From Eubacteriales bacterium (lineage in GTDB: Bacteria; Bacillota; Clostridia; Oscillospirales; CAG-382), in NCBI GenBank assembly GCA_045541355.1, contig JAZQIW010000046.1:3733-67732 (forward strand): DNA of 64,000 nucleotides. Reading direction: 5' to 3'. Shown piece by piece: positions 9,477 to 22,500 of the stretch; positions within the stretch are counted from its first letter, which is position 1, and each line of letters starts with the position of its first letter. The position numbers were made by a program, and so were the translations under genes. The notes under the pieces were generated by a model, which did no database searches, had not been told where the DNA came from, and was given only the letters and a program-made list of their open reading frames with translations.

Positions 9477-10955
9477 TTATAATAAAATGCAGATAAGTCC
9501 TCCCGCACCCTCGTTTATTATTTTCTGCAGGGTGTCGCAGAGCTTGAGACGTGCATCTGAGGGCATATGGCTGAGCTTTGCATTGAGACTCTCGTTTATA
9601 AGCTCGTGAAGGGTTTTGCCGAATAGATTTGATTCCCAGATTTTGGCGGGGTCCTCTTCAAATTCCTTGAGTAGATACTTTACAATGTCCTCTGACTGCT
9701 TTTCCGAGCCGACAATGGGACTTACCTCCGCCTTGATGTCCGCCTTCATGAGATGAATTGAAGGTGCGGAAGCACGCAGCTTTACGCCGTAAGAGCCTGC
9801 CTGCTTTACAATTTCCGGCTCTTCGAGTGTCATGTCCTCGACAAGAGGCGTGACAATGCCGTAGCCTGTTTCTTCAACATCTCGAAGGGCACTTTCAAAC
9901 TTGTCGTATTTTCGCTTAGAGCTTGAAAGGGAGGAAATTATTCTGATAAGGTCCTCGTCAGAGCCGATTTCAAGTCCCGTTTCGTCGCCGAGAATCTTGT
10001 AGAAAAGCTCTCTCGGTACACTGACGTCGAGATTTGCCGTGCCGTCGGATAGGCTAACACTGCTAAGATGCAGTCCCGTTCCGTATTCGCTGTCATATAC
10101 CTCGGAAAAGGCATCGGATATTTCGCTTAACCTTGATACTGTCTGAGCCCTTTCGCATATGCCGTCAATTATTCTGCTTCTTAACGGATGGCTTTCGGAA
10201 AGGGTGTTTATCCAGGCGGGAACGGCAAAATTCAGCTCTGTCACGGGAAATTCATATAACAATCCCTCAAGTATTCTGAGAATGTCATTTTCTGACATAT
10301 TCAGGCAGTCTATGCTGATTACGGGGATGGAATATTTTGCCTCAAGCTCCTTGCAAAGCTTTGAAGTCTCCTCACTGTCGGGACGGGATGAGTTGAGAAG
10401 CACCGTAAACGGCTTTCCCGACTGTTTCATTTCTTCAATAACCCTTGCCTCTGCCTTTTCGTAGTCGGCTCTCGAAAGCTCTGAAAAACTGCCGTCGCAG
10501 GTGATGACAATTCCAACCGTCGAATGCTCGGTTATGACCTTTCGTGTGCCGATTTCGGCAGCTTCTTCAAAGGCTATGGGCTCAGAATGCCATGGTGTCA
10601 TTACCATGCGCGGCTTTTCGTCTTCGTAAAGACCGAGTGCACCCGGGACAATGTAGCCGACACAGTCAATAAGCTTTACGTTAAAGCCTGCTCCCGAGGG
10701 AAGGGTGATGTGCGCAGCATCGTTGGGTATAAACTTCGGCTCTGTGGTCATTACTGTCTTTCCCGATGCGCTTTGGGGAAGCTCGTCGAGGGTGCGGCTT
10801 TTGCTGTATTCGTTGTCCATGTTGGGAATGATGAGCGTGTCGAGAAAATTCTTGATAAATGTCGATTTTCCCGTTCTCACCGGACCTACAACACCTATGT
10901 AAATATTGCCGCCGCAACGCTGTGAAATGTCGTTGTATATGGATGCTTGAGTCAT
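9477..10955 (-). CDS. spoIVA: stage IV sporulation protein A
   Basis: 492 aa. N-terminus MTQASIYNDISQRCGGNIYIGVVGPVRTGKSTFIK carries the Walker A motif. Length and sequence are characteristic of SpoIVA. Confidence 0.95.
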   Translation of the reverse strand: MTQASIYNDISQRCGGNIYIGVVGPVRTGKSTFIKNFLDTLIIPNMDNEYSKSRTLDELPQSASGKTVMTTEPKFIPNDAAHITLPSGAGFNVKLIDCVGYIVPGALGLYEDEKPRMVMTPWHSEPIAFEEAAEIGTRKVITEHSTVGIVITCDGSFSELSRADYEKAEARVIEEMKQSGKPFTVLLNSSRPDSEETSKLCKELEAKYSIPVISIDCLNMSENDILRILEGLLYEFPVTELNFAVPAWINTLSESHPLRSRIIDGICERAQTVSRLSEISDAFSEVYDSEYGTGLHLSSVSLSDGTANLDVSVPRELFYKILGDETGLEIGSDEDLIRIISSLSSSKRKYDKFESALRDVEETGYGIVTPLVEDMTLEEPEIVKQAGSYGVKLRASAPSIHLMKADIKAEVSPIVGSEKQSEDIVKYLLKEFEEDPAKIWESNLFGKTLHELINESLNAKLSHMPSDARLKLCDTLQKIINEGAGGLICILL

Positions 10956-11133
10956 GTTTTTTTCCTCCGCTGTGTGATTATATTTTTCTTTGTATATTTC
11001 TATGATGATAGTGAAAAATTTAGACGTAAAAGGTAAAAAAAATAGCTAAAAATTCGGGTAAAGCCTTTACTTTTGGGTTGAAATGTGGTATTATATTTAT
11101 GTATAAGTATGCACTTTTTTAAAGAGGAGAGCC

Positions 11134-11892
11134 ATGGATACAAAAATCAACATTCGCGGTGTGTATTTCGATAATGTTACCTTTGATGAGGCTATGGAAA
11201 AGGTTTACGGCTTTGTCTCGGGAAACACTCTTTCGGTCATGCATACACCAAATTCCGAAATCGTTCAGAATTGCATAGACGATAAAAGCCTTTATGAGGT
11301 GATTAATTCCGCTGACCTTGTTGTGCCTGACGGAATAGGCGTTGTCTATGCCTCGCGCATACTCAAAACGCCCCTTAAGGCAAGAGTGCCGGGCTGTGAG
11401 GTCGCCGAAAAGCTGCTTGAATATGCGGCAAAAACCGGTGACGGCGTGTTCTTCTTCGGAGGCGGCAAAAAGACCGACCTGAGGGATGCGGTGTCAGTTC
11501 TTGCGGCAAATAACATGAGAGAAAAATATAAGGGACTTAATGTTGTCGGCACAAGAGACGGATACTTTTCAGAAAGTGATGTTGATGGCATAATAGATGA
11601 GATAAACGCTTCGGGTGCAAAGATACTCTTTGTGTGTCTCGGCGCGCCCAAGCAGGAAAAGTGGATATACGATAACAGGGATAAGCTTAAGGTCAGCTTT
11701 GCGGCAGGGCTCGGCGGAACACTTGATGTTTTTGCGGGAACGGTAAAAAGAGCACCTGAGTTTTTCATAAAGACAAATCTTGAGTGGTTTTACAGAATTG
11801 TATGCAATCCGTCGAGGTTCGGACGTTTTCTTAAGCTTCCGAAGTTCCTGTTCGGCACAATTATCCATAAGAATAAGGACACCGAAAAGTAA
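11134..11892 (+). CDS. WecB/TagA/CpsF-family glycosyltransferase
   Basis: 252 aa with motifs VPDGIGVVYASRIL, FFFGG and LFVCLGAPKQEKWI, typical of TagA-like N-acetylmannosaminyltransferases. Confidence 0.85.
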   Translation: MDTKINIRGVYFDNVTFDEAMEKVYGFVSGNTLSVMHTPNSEIVQNCIDDKSLYEVINSADLVVPDGIGVVYASRILKTPLKARVPGCEVAEKLLEYAAKTGDGVFFFGGGKKTDLRDAVSVLAANNMREKYKGLNVVGTRDGYFSESDVDGIIDEINASGAKILFVCLGAPKQEKWIYDNRDKLKVSFAAGLGGTLDVFAGTVKRAPEFFIKTNLEWFYRIVCNPSRFGRFLKLPKFLFGTIIHKNKDTEK

Positions 11893-13076
11893 TGCTTCTG
11901 AAAACACTTAAAACGCAGAATTTCAGAAATCTTGCCGATAATCCGCCTGAGTTTTGCGACGGTATAAATGTTCTTTACGGCGATAATGCCGCGGGAAAAA
12001 CAAACACCCTTGAGGCTGTATATCTTTTTGCCACGGGCAAAAGCTTCAGAACAAGGCAGGAAAAGGATTTTATCCGCCACGGCGAGAGCTTTACCAGAGC
12101 AGAAATTGAATATAGCGGTATATGCGGTAACCGTTCTATGGCAATAACCTATGCTGCGGCAGGGGCAAAGACGGTAAAAGGGATGCAGATAGAAGAGACG
12201 ATGGTTGACAGGGTATCGGAATTTCTCGGAAACTTCCGCGCTGTTCTCTTTACTCCCGACCATCTTGAGCTTGTCAAGGGAGCACCCGAGGAAAGACGCA
12301 GACTTGTGGATATGGCGCTTTGCCAGATAAAGCCGAGGTATGTAAAAAGCCTTAATGACTATGCCAAGGTGCTTGCCCAGAGAAACATTTATCTTAAAAA
12401 TGCAAAAATCCGTTCTTCAAGGGTGGATGAGGACTATCTTGATGTTCTGAATAGACAGCTGGCACAGGCAGGTGCGGTTATTGTCAAGCAAAGAGGTCTT
12501 TATTGCCACAAGCTTTCGCTGCTTGCGGGAGAAATGTACTCATCGCTGACGGGCGGAAGCGAAACGCTTTATGCAAGATATATGTCAAGAGCAATAGCGG
12601 GTGACGGTGCTGACGAAGAAGAAAACGCAAGCATGCTTTATAATATGTACAAGAAAGATGTGTCAAGGGATGTTGAGCTTGGCAAAACGAGCCACGGTCC
12701 GCACCATGACGAGCTTATGATATATGTTGCCTCAAGGGATGAGGCGGAGAATGTGTTCAAAAGGGCAAGGGAAAGCTTTTGCGAGGGACTTTCGGACTTT
12801 GCGGCAAGAAGCTTCGGCTCACAGGGACAGCAAAGGAGCGCGGTGCTTTCGATAAAGCTGTCCGAGGGTGAGATTATCAAGGAAAAATGCAGCGAATATC
12901 CGGTGTTTCTGCTTGATGACCTTTTCAGCGAGCTTGACGATTCAAGACGGGAAAGGCTTTGCGAAATGTTCGAGGACAGACAATGCATAATTACCTGCTG
13001 TGATAAGGCATCGCTTCCCAAAAAGAGCCACATGAAAATAACAAACGTGAAAGACGGAAAATATTTTCCTCTTTAG
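11892..13076 (+). CDS. recF: DNA replication/repair protein RecF
   Basis: N-terminus LKTQNFRNL, Walker A GDNAAGKTN, signature SQGQQRS and Walker B FLLDDLFSELD. The start codon overlaps the upstream stop by 1 nt (TAATG). Confidence 0.93.
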   Translation: MLLKTLKTQNFRNLADNPPEFCDGINVLYGDNAAGKTNTLEAVYLFATGKSFRTRQEKDFIRHGESFTRAEIEYSGICGNRSMAITYAAAGAKTVKGMQIEETMVDRVSEFLGNFRAVLFTPDHLELVKGAPEERRRLVDMALCQIKPRYVKSLNDYAKVLAQRNIYLKNAKIRSSRVDEDYLDVLNRQLAQAGAVIVKQRGLYCHKLSLLAGEMYSSLTGGSETLYARYMSRAIAGDGADEEENASMLYNMYKKDVSRDVELGKTSHGPHHDELMIYVASRDEAENVFKRARESFCEGLSDFAARSFGSQGQQRSAVLSIKLSEGEIIKEKCSEYPVFLLDDLFSELDDSRRERLCEMFEDRQCIITCCDKASLPKKSHMKITNVKDGKYFPL

Positions 13077-13084
13077 GTGATAAA

Positions 13085-13363
13085 ATGAAAAAGAGAAATC
13101 CGTATATAAATATCGGCGGCACGCAGATTCTGCCGAAGGATGATATACTCGGGGTGTTTGACCTTGACGGCGCAAGCACCAAGACGGATACAAAACGATT
13201 TCTTTCAAAAAGCGAGAGCGAGGGACATCTTGTAACGGTAGGATATGATATTCCTAAATCCTTTGTTCTTACCGCTAAAGGAAGAAAGGAGTATGTGTAT
13301 ATAACCCAGCTTTCCACCTCCTCGATTGAGGGCAGATGGAAGAGGAAAAATGCACATTTATAA
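13085..13363 (+). CDS. DUF370 / RemB (YaaB)-like small protein
   Basis: 92 aa in the conserved position between recF and gyrB, as in Bacillus yaaB. The N-terminal INIGGTQILPKDDILGVFDLD stretch is typical of the family. Confidence 0.65.
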   Translation: MKKRNPYINIGGTQILPKDDILGVFDLDGASTKTDTKRFLSKSESEGHLVTVGYDIPKSFVLTAKGRKEYVYITQLSTSSIEGRWKRKNAHL

Positions 13364-13375
13364 TCAGATTAATAA

Positions 13376-15556
<2,181 letters not shown>

Positions 15557-15596
15557 TAAAATTAAAAGAATATTCATAAAAAACTTTGTTTAGTTG

Positions 15597-15625
15597 TTGA
15601 CAAACGTCAAAGTTTGGTATATAAT
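15597..15625 (+). promoter_or_regulatory. consensus sigma-A promoter (TTGACA-17-TATAAT)
   Basis: TTGACA at 15597-15602 and TATAAT at 15620-15625, upstream of yceD-rpmF. Confidence 0.65.
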
Positions 15626-15669
15626 ATCATTTGTGACTGCCCGAGGGTCAGTCGGAAAAGGAGGGCGTG

Positions 15670-16245
15670 ATGAAGAATCACAATGGGGCAGAAAATTCTG
15701 CTGCAAACGCCCACGGACAGAAAATAGCCGATGTATCCAAGATATATAACGGCACGTTTTCTGAGATAAATCTTTCCTTTGAACTGGATATTGAAGAAAA
15801 CTCTACCGGTGAGTATGAGTTCAGCCAAAAGCCTCATGTTAAGGCAAGGGTGTACGAAAAGGCAAGGGGAAGAAATAACGCCGAAAGCTATGTCTCGGTA
15901 AGCATCGAGATTGGCGGCGAGTACACCTGTCTTTGTGCAAGGTGTGCCAAGGAATTGAAAAAAACGCTTTGCGTAAGCGCCGAATACGGTGTGACGAGAA
16001 AGCTTGCAGACGATAACGATGAATATGTTGAGGCTCCCGATGGGCTTCTCGATGTATCCGAGCTTGCAAGAACACTGTTTTATCTCGAACTTCCGCAGAG
16101 AGTTTTGTGCAAGGATGACTGTCGCGGGCTTTGTCCCATGTGCGGTATAGACCTTAACGGTGCTACATGCTCCTGTAAATCACCGGACAGAGGAAACCGC
16201 TTGACAGGATTAAAAAAACTACTTGACAATTACGAGGAAAAGTAG
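15670..16245 (+). CDS. YceD/DUF177 family protein (23S rRNA accumulation protein)
   Basis: Lies immediately upstream of rpmF, as is conserved for this family. C-terminal Cys cluster CKDDCRGLCPMCGIDLNGATCSC. ATG at 15670 follows AGGAGG. Confidence 0.8.
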   Translation: MKNHNGAENSAANAHGQKIADVSKIYNGTFSEINLSFELDIEENSTGEYEFSQKPHVKARVYEKARGRNNAESYVSVSIEIGGEYTCLCARCAKELKKTLCVSAEYGVTRKLADDNDEYVEAPDGLLDVSELARTLFYLELPQRVLCKDDCRGLCPMCGIDLNGATCSCKSPDRGNRLTGLKKLLDNYEEK

Positions 16246-16305
16246 TACAATAATCTTTGCTTATGAAAGATAAAAGAATTAAAATGATTTAGGAGGTGCC
16301 GAAAA

Positions 16306-16497
16306 ATGGCAGTACCGAAGAGAAAGGTCTCCAAGGCGAGACGTGATAAGAGACGCAGCAATGTTTGGAAGCTCAGCCTCCCCGGCATGACAAAGTGCCC
16401 CAAGTGCGGAACATTTATCCTTTCGCACAGAGTTTGCAAGAACTGCGGAACATATGCAGGCAAGGAATACATTTCCACAGAAGCAAAGGAAGCGTAA
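16306..16497 (+). CDS. rpmF: 50S ribosomal protein L32
   Basis: [18 protein letters not shown]... with a CPKCG...CKNCG zinc ribbon; 63 aa. Confidence 0.95.
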   Translation: MAVPKRKVSKARRDKRRSNVWKLSLPGMTKCPKCGTFILSHRVCKNCGTYAGKEYISTEAKEA

Positions 16498-16534
16498 GTT
16501 ATCTTTAACTTTGCAGACAACTAAAGCGTAATAA

Positions 16535-16568
16535 GGGAAGGTTTGCCGTAATGCAAGTCTTCCTTTTT
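16535..16568 (+). terminator. putative terminator after rpmF
   Basis: Imperfect hairpin GGAAGGTTTGC...GCAAGTCTTCC followed by TTTTT. Confidence 0.45.
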
Positions 16569-16599
16569 GCGTCTATTTGCAATATACAGAGGACTAAAG

Positions 16600-17913
16600 A
16601 TGGTAAAGATTTCGGGAGTTGAAAAAAAATCCGCCGCCGAAAAGGCAGGGATAAAGCCGGGAGATGTTCTTGTATCTATCGGCGACAATGAAATATGTGA
16701 TGTTCTCGATTACAGGTTCTATATTACCGAAAAAAAGCTGGATATAAAGGTAAAGAGAGACTCAGAAGAACTGTGCTTTGTAATAAAAAAGCCGCAGTAT
16801 GACGATATCGGACTTGAATTTGACACATATCTGATGGATGAAAAGCATTCCTGCACCAATAAGTGCGTGTTCTGCTTTATTGACCAGAATCCCAAAGGAA
16901 TGCGCGAGATGTGCTACTTCAAGGATGATGATTCGCGAATGAGCTTCTTCTACGGCAACTATGTTACCCTTACCAATATGAAGCAGTCGGAGGTTGAGCG
17001 TCTTATAAAGATGCGTATATCTCCCATCAATATTTCGGTGCATACAACAAACCCCGACCTTCGCTGTAAAATGCTGTGTAACAGGTTCGCAGGTGAGGTG
17101 CTGCGGTATATGGATATGTTCCGCGAGGGCGGAATTTCCATGAACTGCCAGATTGTTCTCTGTAAGGGACTTAATGACGGCAAGGAGCTTGAAAGAACAC
17201 TTAATGATCTTGCAGGTATGTTTCCGAGTGTCGAAAGTATTGCTGTTGTACCGTCAGGTCTTACAAAGTACAGAGAAGGTCTTTATCCCCTTGAGGATTT
17301 CACAAAAGAGGATGCAAAAGAGGTTATAAGACTTGTAAATAAAAAACGCCGTGAGTTTGAAGAAAAAACGGGACATACAATTGTTCAGTGCTCGGACGAA
17401 TGGTATCTCAAGGCAGGGATAGAGCTTCCCGAGGAGGATTATTACGAGGGTTATCCTCAGCTTGATAATGGTGTGGGACTTATAAGGTGCATGGAAAACG
17501 AGGTGCTTTTCCGCATTGATGAGCTTGTGGAGGAAGGCTTCAGGCTTAAAAAGCCGAGAAGAATATCCTCTGTTACGGGCGAGGCGGCTTATCCGTTTAT
17601 CAAAAGAATGGCACAAAAGCTTGAAAAAACATTTGAAGGGCTTACCTTTAATGTCTATGAATGTAAAAATGATTTTTTTGGACATTCCGTGACGGTTGCA
17701 GGGCTGCTGACCGGCGGCGATGTCTATAACAGACTGAAGAATGAAGACCTCGGTCAAGAGCTTATTATCCCCTCGGTTATGCTTAGACACGAGGGAGACC
17801 TGTTCCTCGACAATATGCATATAGACGAGCTGAGTCAAAAGCTTGGTGTTAAAATCACCCCCATACCATGCAATGGTGATGATTTTGTGGACACGGCACT
17901 TTGGGAAGATTAA
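16600..17913 (+). CDS. PDZ-domain radical-SAM-like protein (DUF512 family)
   Basis: N-terminal PDZ-like stretch (AEKAGIKPGDVLVSIGD), then the CX3CX2C motif CTNKCVFC. Sits upstream of der. ATG at 16600 was chosen over the track start at 16567. Confidence 0.7.
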   Translation: MVKISGVEKKSAAEKAGIKPGDVLVSIGDNEICDVLDYRFYITEKKLDIKVKRDSEELCFVIKKPQYDDIGLEFDTYLMDEKHSCTNKCVFCFIDQNPKGMREMCYFKDDDSRMSFFYGNYVTLTNMKQSEVERLIKMRISPINISVHTTNPDLRCKMLCNRFAGEVLRYMDMFREGGISMNCQIVLCKGLNDGKELERTLNDLAGMFPSVESIAVVPSGLTKYREGLYPLEDFTKEDAKEVIRLVNKKRREFEEKTGHTIVQCSDEWYLKAGIELPEEDYYEGYPQLDNGVGLIRCMENEVLFRIDELVEEGFRLKKPRRISSVTGEAAYPFIKRMAQKLEKTFEGLTFNVYECKNDFFGHSVTVAGLLTGGDVYNRLKNEDLGQELIIPSVMLRHEGDLFLDNMHIDELSQKLGVKITPIPCNGDDFVDTALWED

Positions 17914-17948
17914 TGAATGATGAATAATGAATAATGAATAATGAATAA
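17914..17948. repeat. heptanucleotide tandem repeat (TGAATAA) x about 5
   Basis: TGAATGA, then TGAATAA four times, starting directly after the stop codon at 17911-17913. Confidence 0.9.
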
Positions 17949-18098
17949 TTTCGGTTGAAGTTGTCTCGCTTTTTTCTTGGAGACAAGGTCGGCTCTGTTT
18001 CGGTCGATATGGCAGGAAATTTTGATAGCCCTGCCCGAAATTTGAAAGGTCTTTGCTTACTTTCTCCTTAAGAAAGTAAGGGAAATGTAGGTGAAAAT

Positions 18099-19433
18099 AT
18101 GTCAAAACCAATAGTTGCGATAGTTGGGCGGCCAAATGTAGGCAAAAGTACATTTTTCAATAAAATAGTCGGCAAGAGAATTGCCATAGTTGAGGACACG
18201 CCGGGAGTCACAAGAGACAGACTCTACTACGAGGTAGAGTGGTGCGGCAGGAAGATGATGTTCATTGATACGGGCGGAATTGAGCCTGACACAAATGACA
18301 TGATTATGTCTCACATAAAGGAGCAGGCGCAGATTGCGATGGATTCTGCCGATGCCATAGTATTTATGACAGACATCAGAGCAGGCGTCACTGCCGATGA
18401 CAGAGAGATTGCGGCGATGCTGAGAAAGAGCAGAAAGCCTGTTGTTCTTTGTGTCAATAAGGTGGACTCGGTGGGTGCGCTGCCCATGGAGTTTTACGAA
18501 TTCTATGAACTGGGGCTTGGAGACCCGTTTGCGGTATCAAGCGTACACGGAAGCGGTACGGGAGATATACTTGAAAAGCTCTGCGAATTTCTTCCCGAAG
18601 AGATAGAGGAGGAAGAAGACGAGGATAAGATAAAGGTTGCGGTAATAGGAAGACCTAACGCAGGTAAGAGCAGCCTTGTAAACCATATTCTCGGCAAGGA
18701 AAGAATGATTGTATCCAATATTGCAGGTACAACGAGAGATGCCATTGACTCGGATATTGAAAACGAGTACGGAAAGTATACCTTTATTGACACGGCAGGT
18801 ATACGAAAGACGGGCAAAATCTCGGACAGCATAGAAAAATACAGCATTCTGAGGGCAGAAATGGCGGTAGACAGGGCAGATGTATGCCTTATTGTCATAG
18901 ATGCCACAGAGGGCGTTACGGCTCAGGACGAAAGGGTTGCGGGAATTGCCCATGAAAGCGGCAAGGCGTGCATTATCATCATAAATAAATGGGACCTTGT
19001 GGAAAAGGAAACGGGAACGCTCGAAAACTACCGCAAGGAGGTTTATGCAGCACTGAGCTACATGACATATGCTCCGGTACTGTTTATATCGGCAAAGACA
19101 GGTCAGAGGGTTGATAGGATTTATGAGCTTATAAACTACGTCAATGACCAAAGCTCCATGAGAATTTCAACGGGTATGCTCAACGATGTTCTCAATGAAG
19201 CAACAACAAGAGTTCAGCCGCCGACAGATAAGGGCAGACGTCTTAAGATTTACTACATGACCCAGACGGGCATCAAGGCTCCTACCTTTGTACTGTTTGT
19301 GAATGACGAGGAGCTGTTCCACTTCTCTTATCAGAGATATATAGAAAACAAGCTTCGCGAGGTGTTCGGATTTGAGGGAACGCCCATAAAGCTTGTAATA
19401 CGTCAGAAGAACGATGACGGCGAGAATCCCTAA
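18099..19433 (+). CDS. der: ribosome-biogenesis GTPase Der (EngA)
   Basis: Two tandem GTPase domains (GRPNVGKSTFFN and GRPNAGKSSLVN) plus a KH-like C-terminus; 444 aa. Confidence 0.95.
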   Translation: MSKPIVAIVGRPNVGKSTFFNKIVGKRIAIVEDTPGVTRDRLYYEVEWCGRKMMFIDTGGIEPDTNDMIMSHIKEQAQIAMDSADAIVFMTDIRAGVTADDREIAAMLRKSRKPVVLCVNKVDSVGALPMEFYEFYELGLGDPFAVSSVHGSGTGDILEKLCEFLPEEIEEEEDEDKIKVAVIGRPNAGKSSLVNHILGKERMIVSNIAGTTRDAIDSDIENEYGKYTFIDTAGIRKTGKISDSIEKYSILRAEMAVDRADVCLIVIDATEGVTAQDERVAGIAHESGKACIIIINKWDLVEKETGTLENYRKEVYAALSYMTYAPVLFISAKTGQRVDRIYELINYVNDQSSMRISTGMLNDVLNEATTRVQPPTDKGRRLKIYYMTQTGIKAPTFVLFVNDEELFHFSYQRYIENKLREVFGFEGTPIKLVIRQKNDDGENP

Positions 19434-19472
19434 AGCATAATGCGTTTAACCCAAAACACGGGTGTATAAAAA

Positions 19473-19499
19473 GGGGCATCCGAGAGGATGCCCCTTTTT
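19473..19499 (+). terminator. rho-independent terminator after der
   Basis: GGGGCATC-CGAGAG-GATGCCCC followed by TTTTT. Confidence 0.8.
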
Positions 19500-19528
19500 G
19501 CAATCAGATTTAGAAAAGAGGCGGCGTT

Positions 19529-22500
19529 TTGAATTATACTAAGGCTCAGGAAAATGCAATAGGACTGAGAGACTGCTCGCTTTTGGTCTCGGCAGGTGCA
19601 GGAAGCGGCAAGACTGCAGTTTTGACAGAGAGAATACTTGAGAGAATCTGTGATAAAAACGATGATTGCAGCATCACGGATTTTCTTATTGTTACCTTTA
19701 CAAATGCAGCGGCTAAGGAGCTTAGCGACAGAATAAGAAAAAAACTGTCGGCACGTGGAAGCGAGGACCCGACAAACAAGAAAATTGTCAAAAATCTTGC
19801 TCTTTTGCCTCTTGCTAAAATCAGTACCATCAATGCATTTTGCTATGAGCTGGTGCGAAATAACTTCCAGAAGCTTAACCTTTCGGCAAACCTGAGAATT
19901 GCAGACGAGGCCGAAATGGGTGTTATCCGCGAAAAGCTGATGAATGAAACAATTGACGATGCCTTTGAAACACGCGGTGACAGCAAGAGCTTTCTTGCGG
20001 CATATGAAATATTCTCCTCAGCAAAGAATGATAAGGGCTTTGTGACGGCACTGCTTGATGTTGATGCAAAGCTGAGAAGCCTTGCCGACAGAGAGGGCTT
20101 TGTCGGGACTCTTTTGGAGAATTATAGTGAAATACAGCAAAAGGATGAGTTTTTTGATACGTTTTTGGGAGCTCTCCTTGAAAAAAGAACGAGAAAGGAT
20201 ACACTCAGTCTTTGTGAAACCTTTGAGAAGCTGTGCGAGGTTTGCAGAAGGGATGAGGTGCTTGCAGTCAAATATCTCCCTGCGGTGGAAAATGAGCTTG
20301 ATTTTGCAAAAAGTGTGCTTCAGGCTTTGGATAAAGGGTATGAGAGTACAAGAAAAGCCTTTGCTGCATATAGCCCTGTAAAGCTTGGAACAGTTAAGAA
20401 CTTTGAGGATGAGGCTCTGAAAGAGCTTGTCAAGGAAATAAAGAATAACAAGAGTAAGAAGTTCAGACAGGATTACACGGCACTATATGCCTGTGATATG
20501 ACGCTGCTTAAAAAGGCGGCGGCGGATACAAGGCTTGTTCTTGAGGAAATAGTAAGATTGCTGACGGAATTTGACGCAAGGCTCTGTGAGAAAAAGAGAG
20601 AATCGGGGATGATTGAGTTTTCGGATGCCGAGAAATACACTCTGGAGCTTCTTGTGGAGTCTACACAGCCTTTTAAGGTAACAGAGCTTGCAAAGAAGCT
20701 TCGCGAGCAGTTCCTTGAAATTTATATCGACGAATATCAGGATGTAAACCCCATGCAGGATATGATTTTTAAGGCACTTTCGAGACATAATGACTCGCAA
20801 GAGGAATATTCGCGTTTCATGGTTGGCGATATCAAACAGAGCATCTACCGCTTCCGCGGTGCAAGCCCCGATATTTTTATGAATTACAGGGATAGCTTCG
20901 GGGATGCTGACGGAGACAGTGTGACAAAAAGGATTTTCATGAACGACAATTTCCGATGCAGTCAAAGCGTTATCGAGCTTACAAACTTCCTGTTCAGAAG
21001 GCTTATGGGTGAATATTATCTCAAAGAGGATGAGCTGAAGCACTCAAGAATTGAAAAGAATAAGGTCACGCAAAAGGCACAGCTTTGTACATATACCTAT
21101 GACAAAGAGCTTGCCGAGGGACTGTCTGCCGAGGAGCTTGAGGCGGGCATTATAGGTACAAAAATAAAGAAATTTGTCAATAATCCCGAATATACCGACT
21201 CTGACGGCAAAATGTATAAGTATTCCGACGTTGCTGTGCTGTGCCGTTCAAAAACGGCGCTTCGGGTGTATGAAAAGGTGCTGTCGGAGTGCGGAATTCC
21301 GGTTATGAGCGATGTTGGAGAGAGCTTTTACGGCAAGAAGGAAATACTGCTTTGCCTGTGTATTCTCAATAGCATTGATAACCCCGAGAGGGATATATAC
21401 CTTGCAGGCTATATGCGCTCCTTTGCAGGCGGCTTTAGTGATGATGAGCTGGCACTGATAAAAAAGGATTACAGAAGGCTGAGCCTTTATAGGTCTGTGG
21501 TGAAGTATTCTCAGGAAAAAACTCAGGATAATGCAGAGCTTAGCAAAAAGTGCTCAGACTTTGTTGAAAAGCTCAGAGCTTACAGGGAGTTTTCAAGGGG
21601 AAAGAGCGTTGAAAAGCTTGTTTGGAAAATATACGGTGAGCTTGATTTGCTTGGTATATGTACAAGCGAGAATTTCGGTTTGTCGGGACAGAGTGCCAAG
21701 AAAAACCTTTTAAAGCTTTATGAAATGGCGCGCAGCTTTTCAAAGACCTCTTTCCGAGGTGTGGGTGCCTTTGTTGACTATATAAACGGCTCCATGGAAA
21801 AGACGGATATCAAGGCTGAGAGGGTGCTGTCGGGGGAATGTGTGTCGCTTATGACAATACATGCATCAAAGGGACTTGAATTTCCCATATGCTTTGTCAG
21901 CGACCTCGCAAGACGCTTCAACAAAAGCGATGAGACGGCAAAGCTTGTGTTTTCGGAAAAGGCAGGCGGTGCGGCGGTAACCCTGTGCGATACAGAGGCT
22001 GTAAGTGTCACACAAAGCAGCAGCGGAATGCTCAGCATCAATACGCCTTACAGAAAGCTGATAGCCTCATACCTTGACGATGAGGGCATTGCCGAGGAAA
22101 TAAGGGTGCTGTATGTTGCCCTGACACGTGCAAGGGATATACTTGTTATGACAAGCGGCTTTACAAAGAAGCTTGAGGGAATATTGAAGGATGCAAGATG
22201 TGCGAGCTTTGCCTTAGATGTAAATGACGGCTCAAGCTTTTGTGCACTTCTCATGTCCTGCCTGTGTAACGAGAGAATATTGGCTTGCTTGTATGATAAG
22301 GCGGAAAGCGGATTTGTTCCGACAGAGGATAATGTGTCAGAATACCTCTGCTTTGAGCTTTGCGAGTGTGAACAGGCGGTAGAAGGCTTTAAAGAGCTGT
22401 ATTGCGGCACGCAGTCGAAGAAGGAAGAAACAAAAACCGAGGGAGTTGCAGACGAGCGGGAGCTTGACAGTCTGAGAAGCATCGGGCAGTTTGAATATGC

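Noticed and set aside
17254-18153. 299-aa minus-strand ORF spanning the DUF512/der junction
   Set aside because: It is antisense to two well-supported genes and crosses the repeat-containing intergenic region. It shows no motif and no ribosome-binding site.
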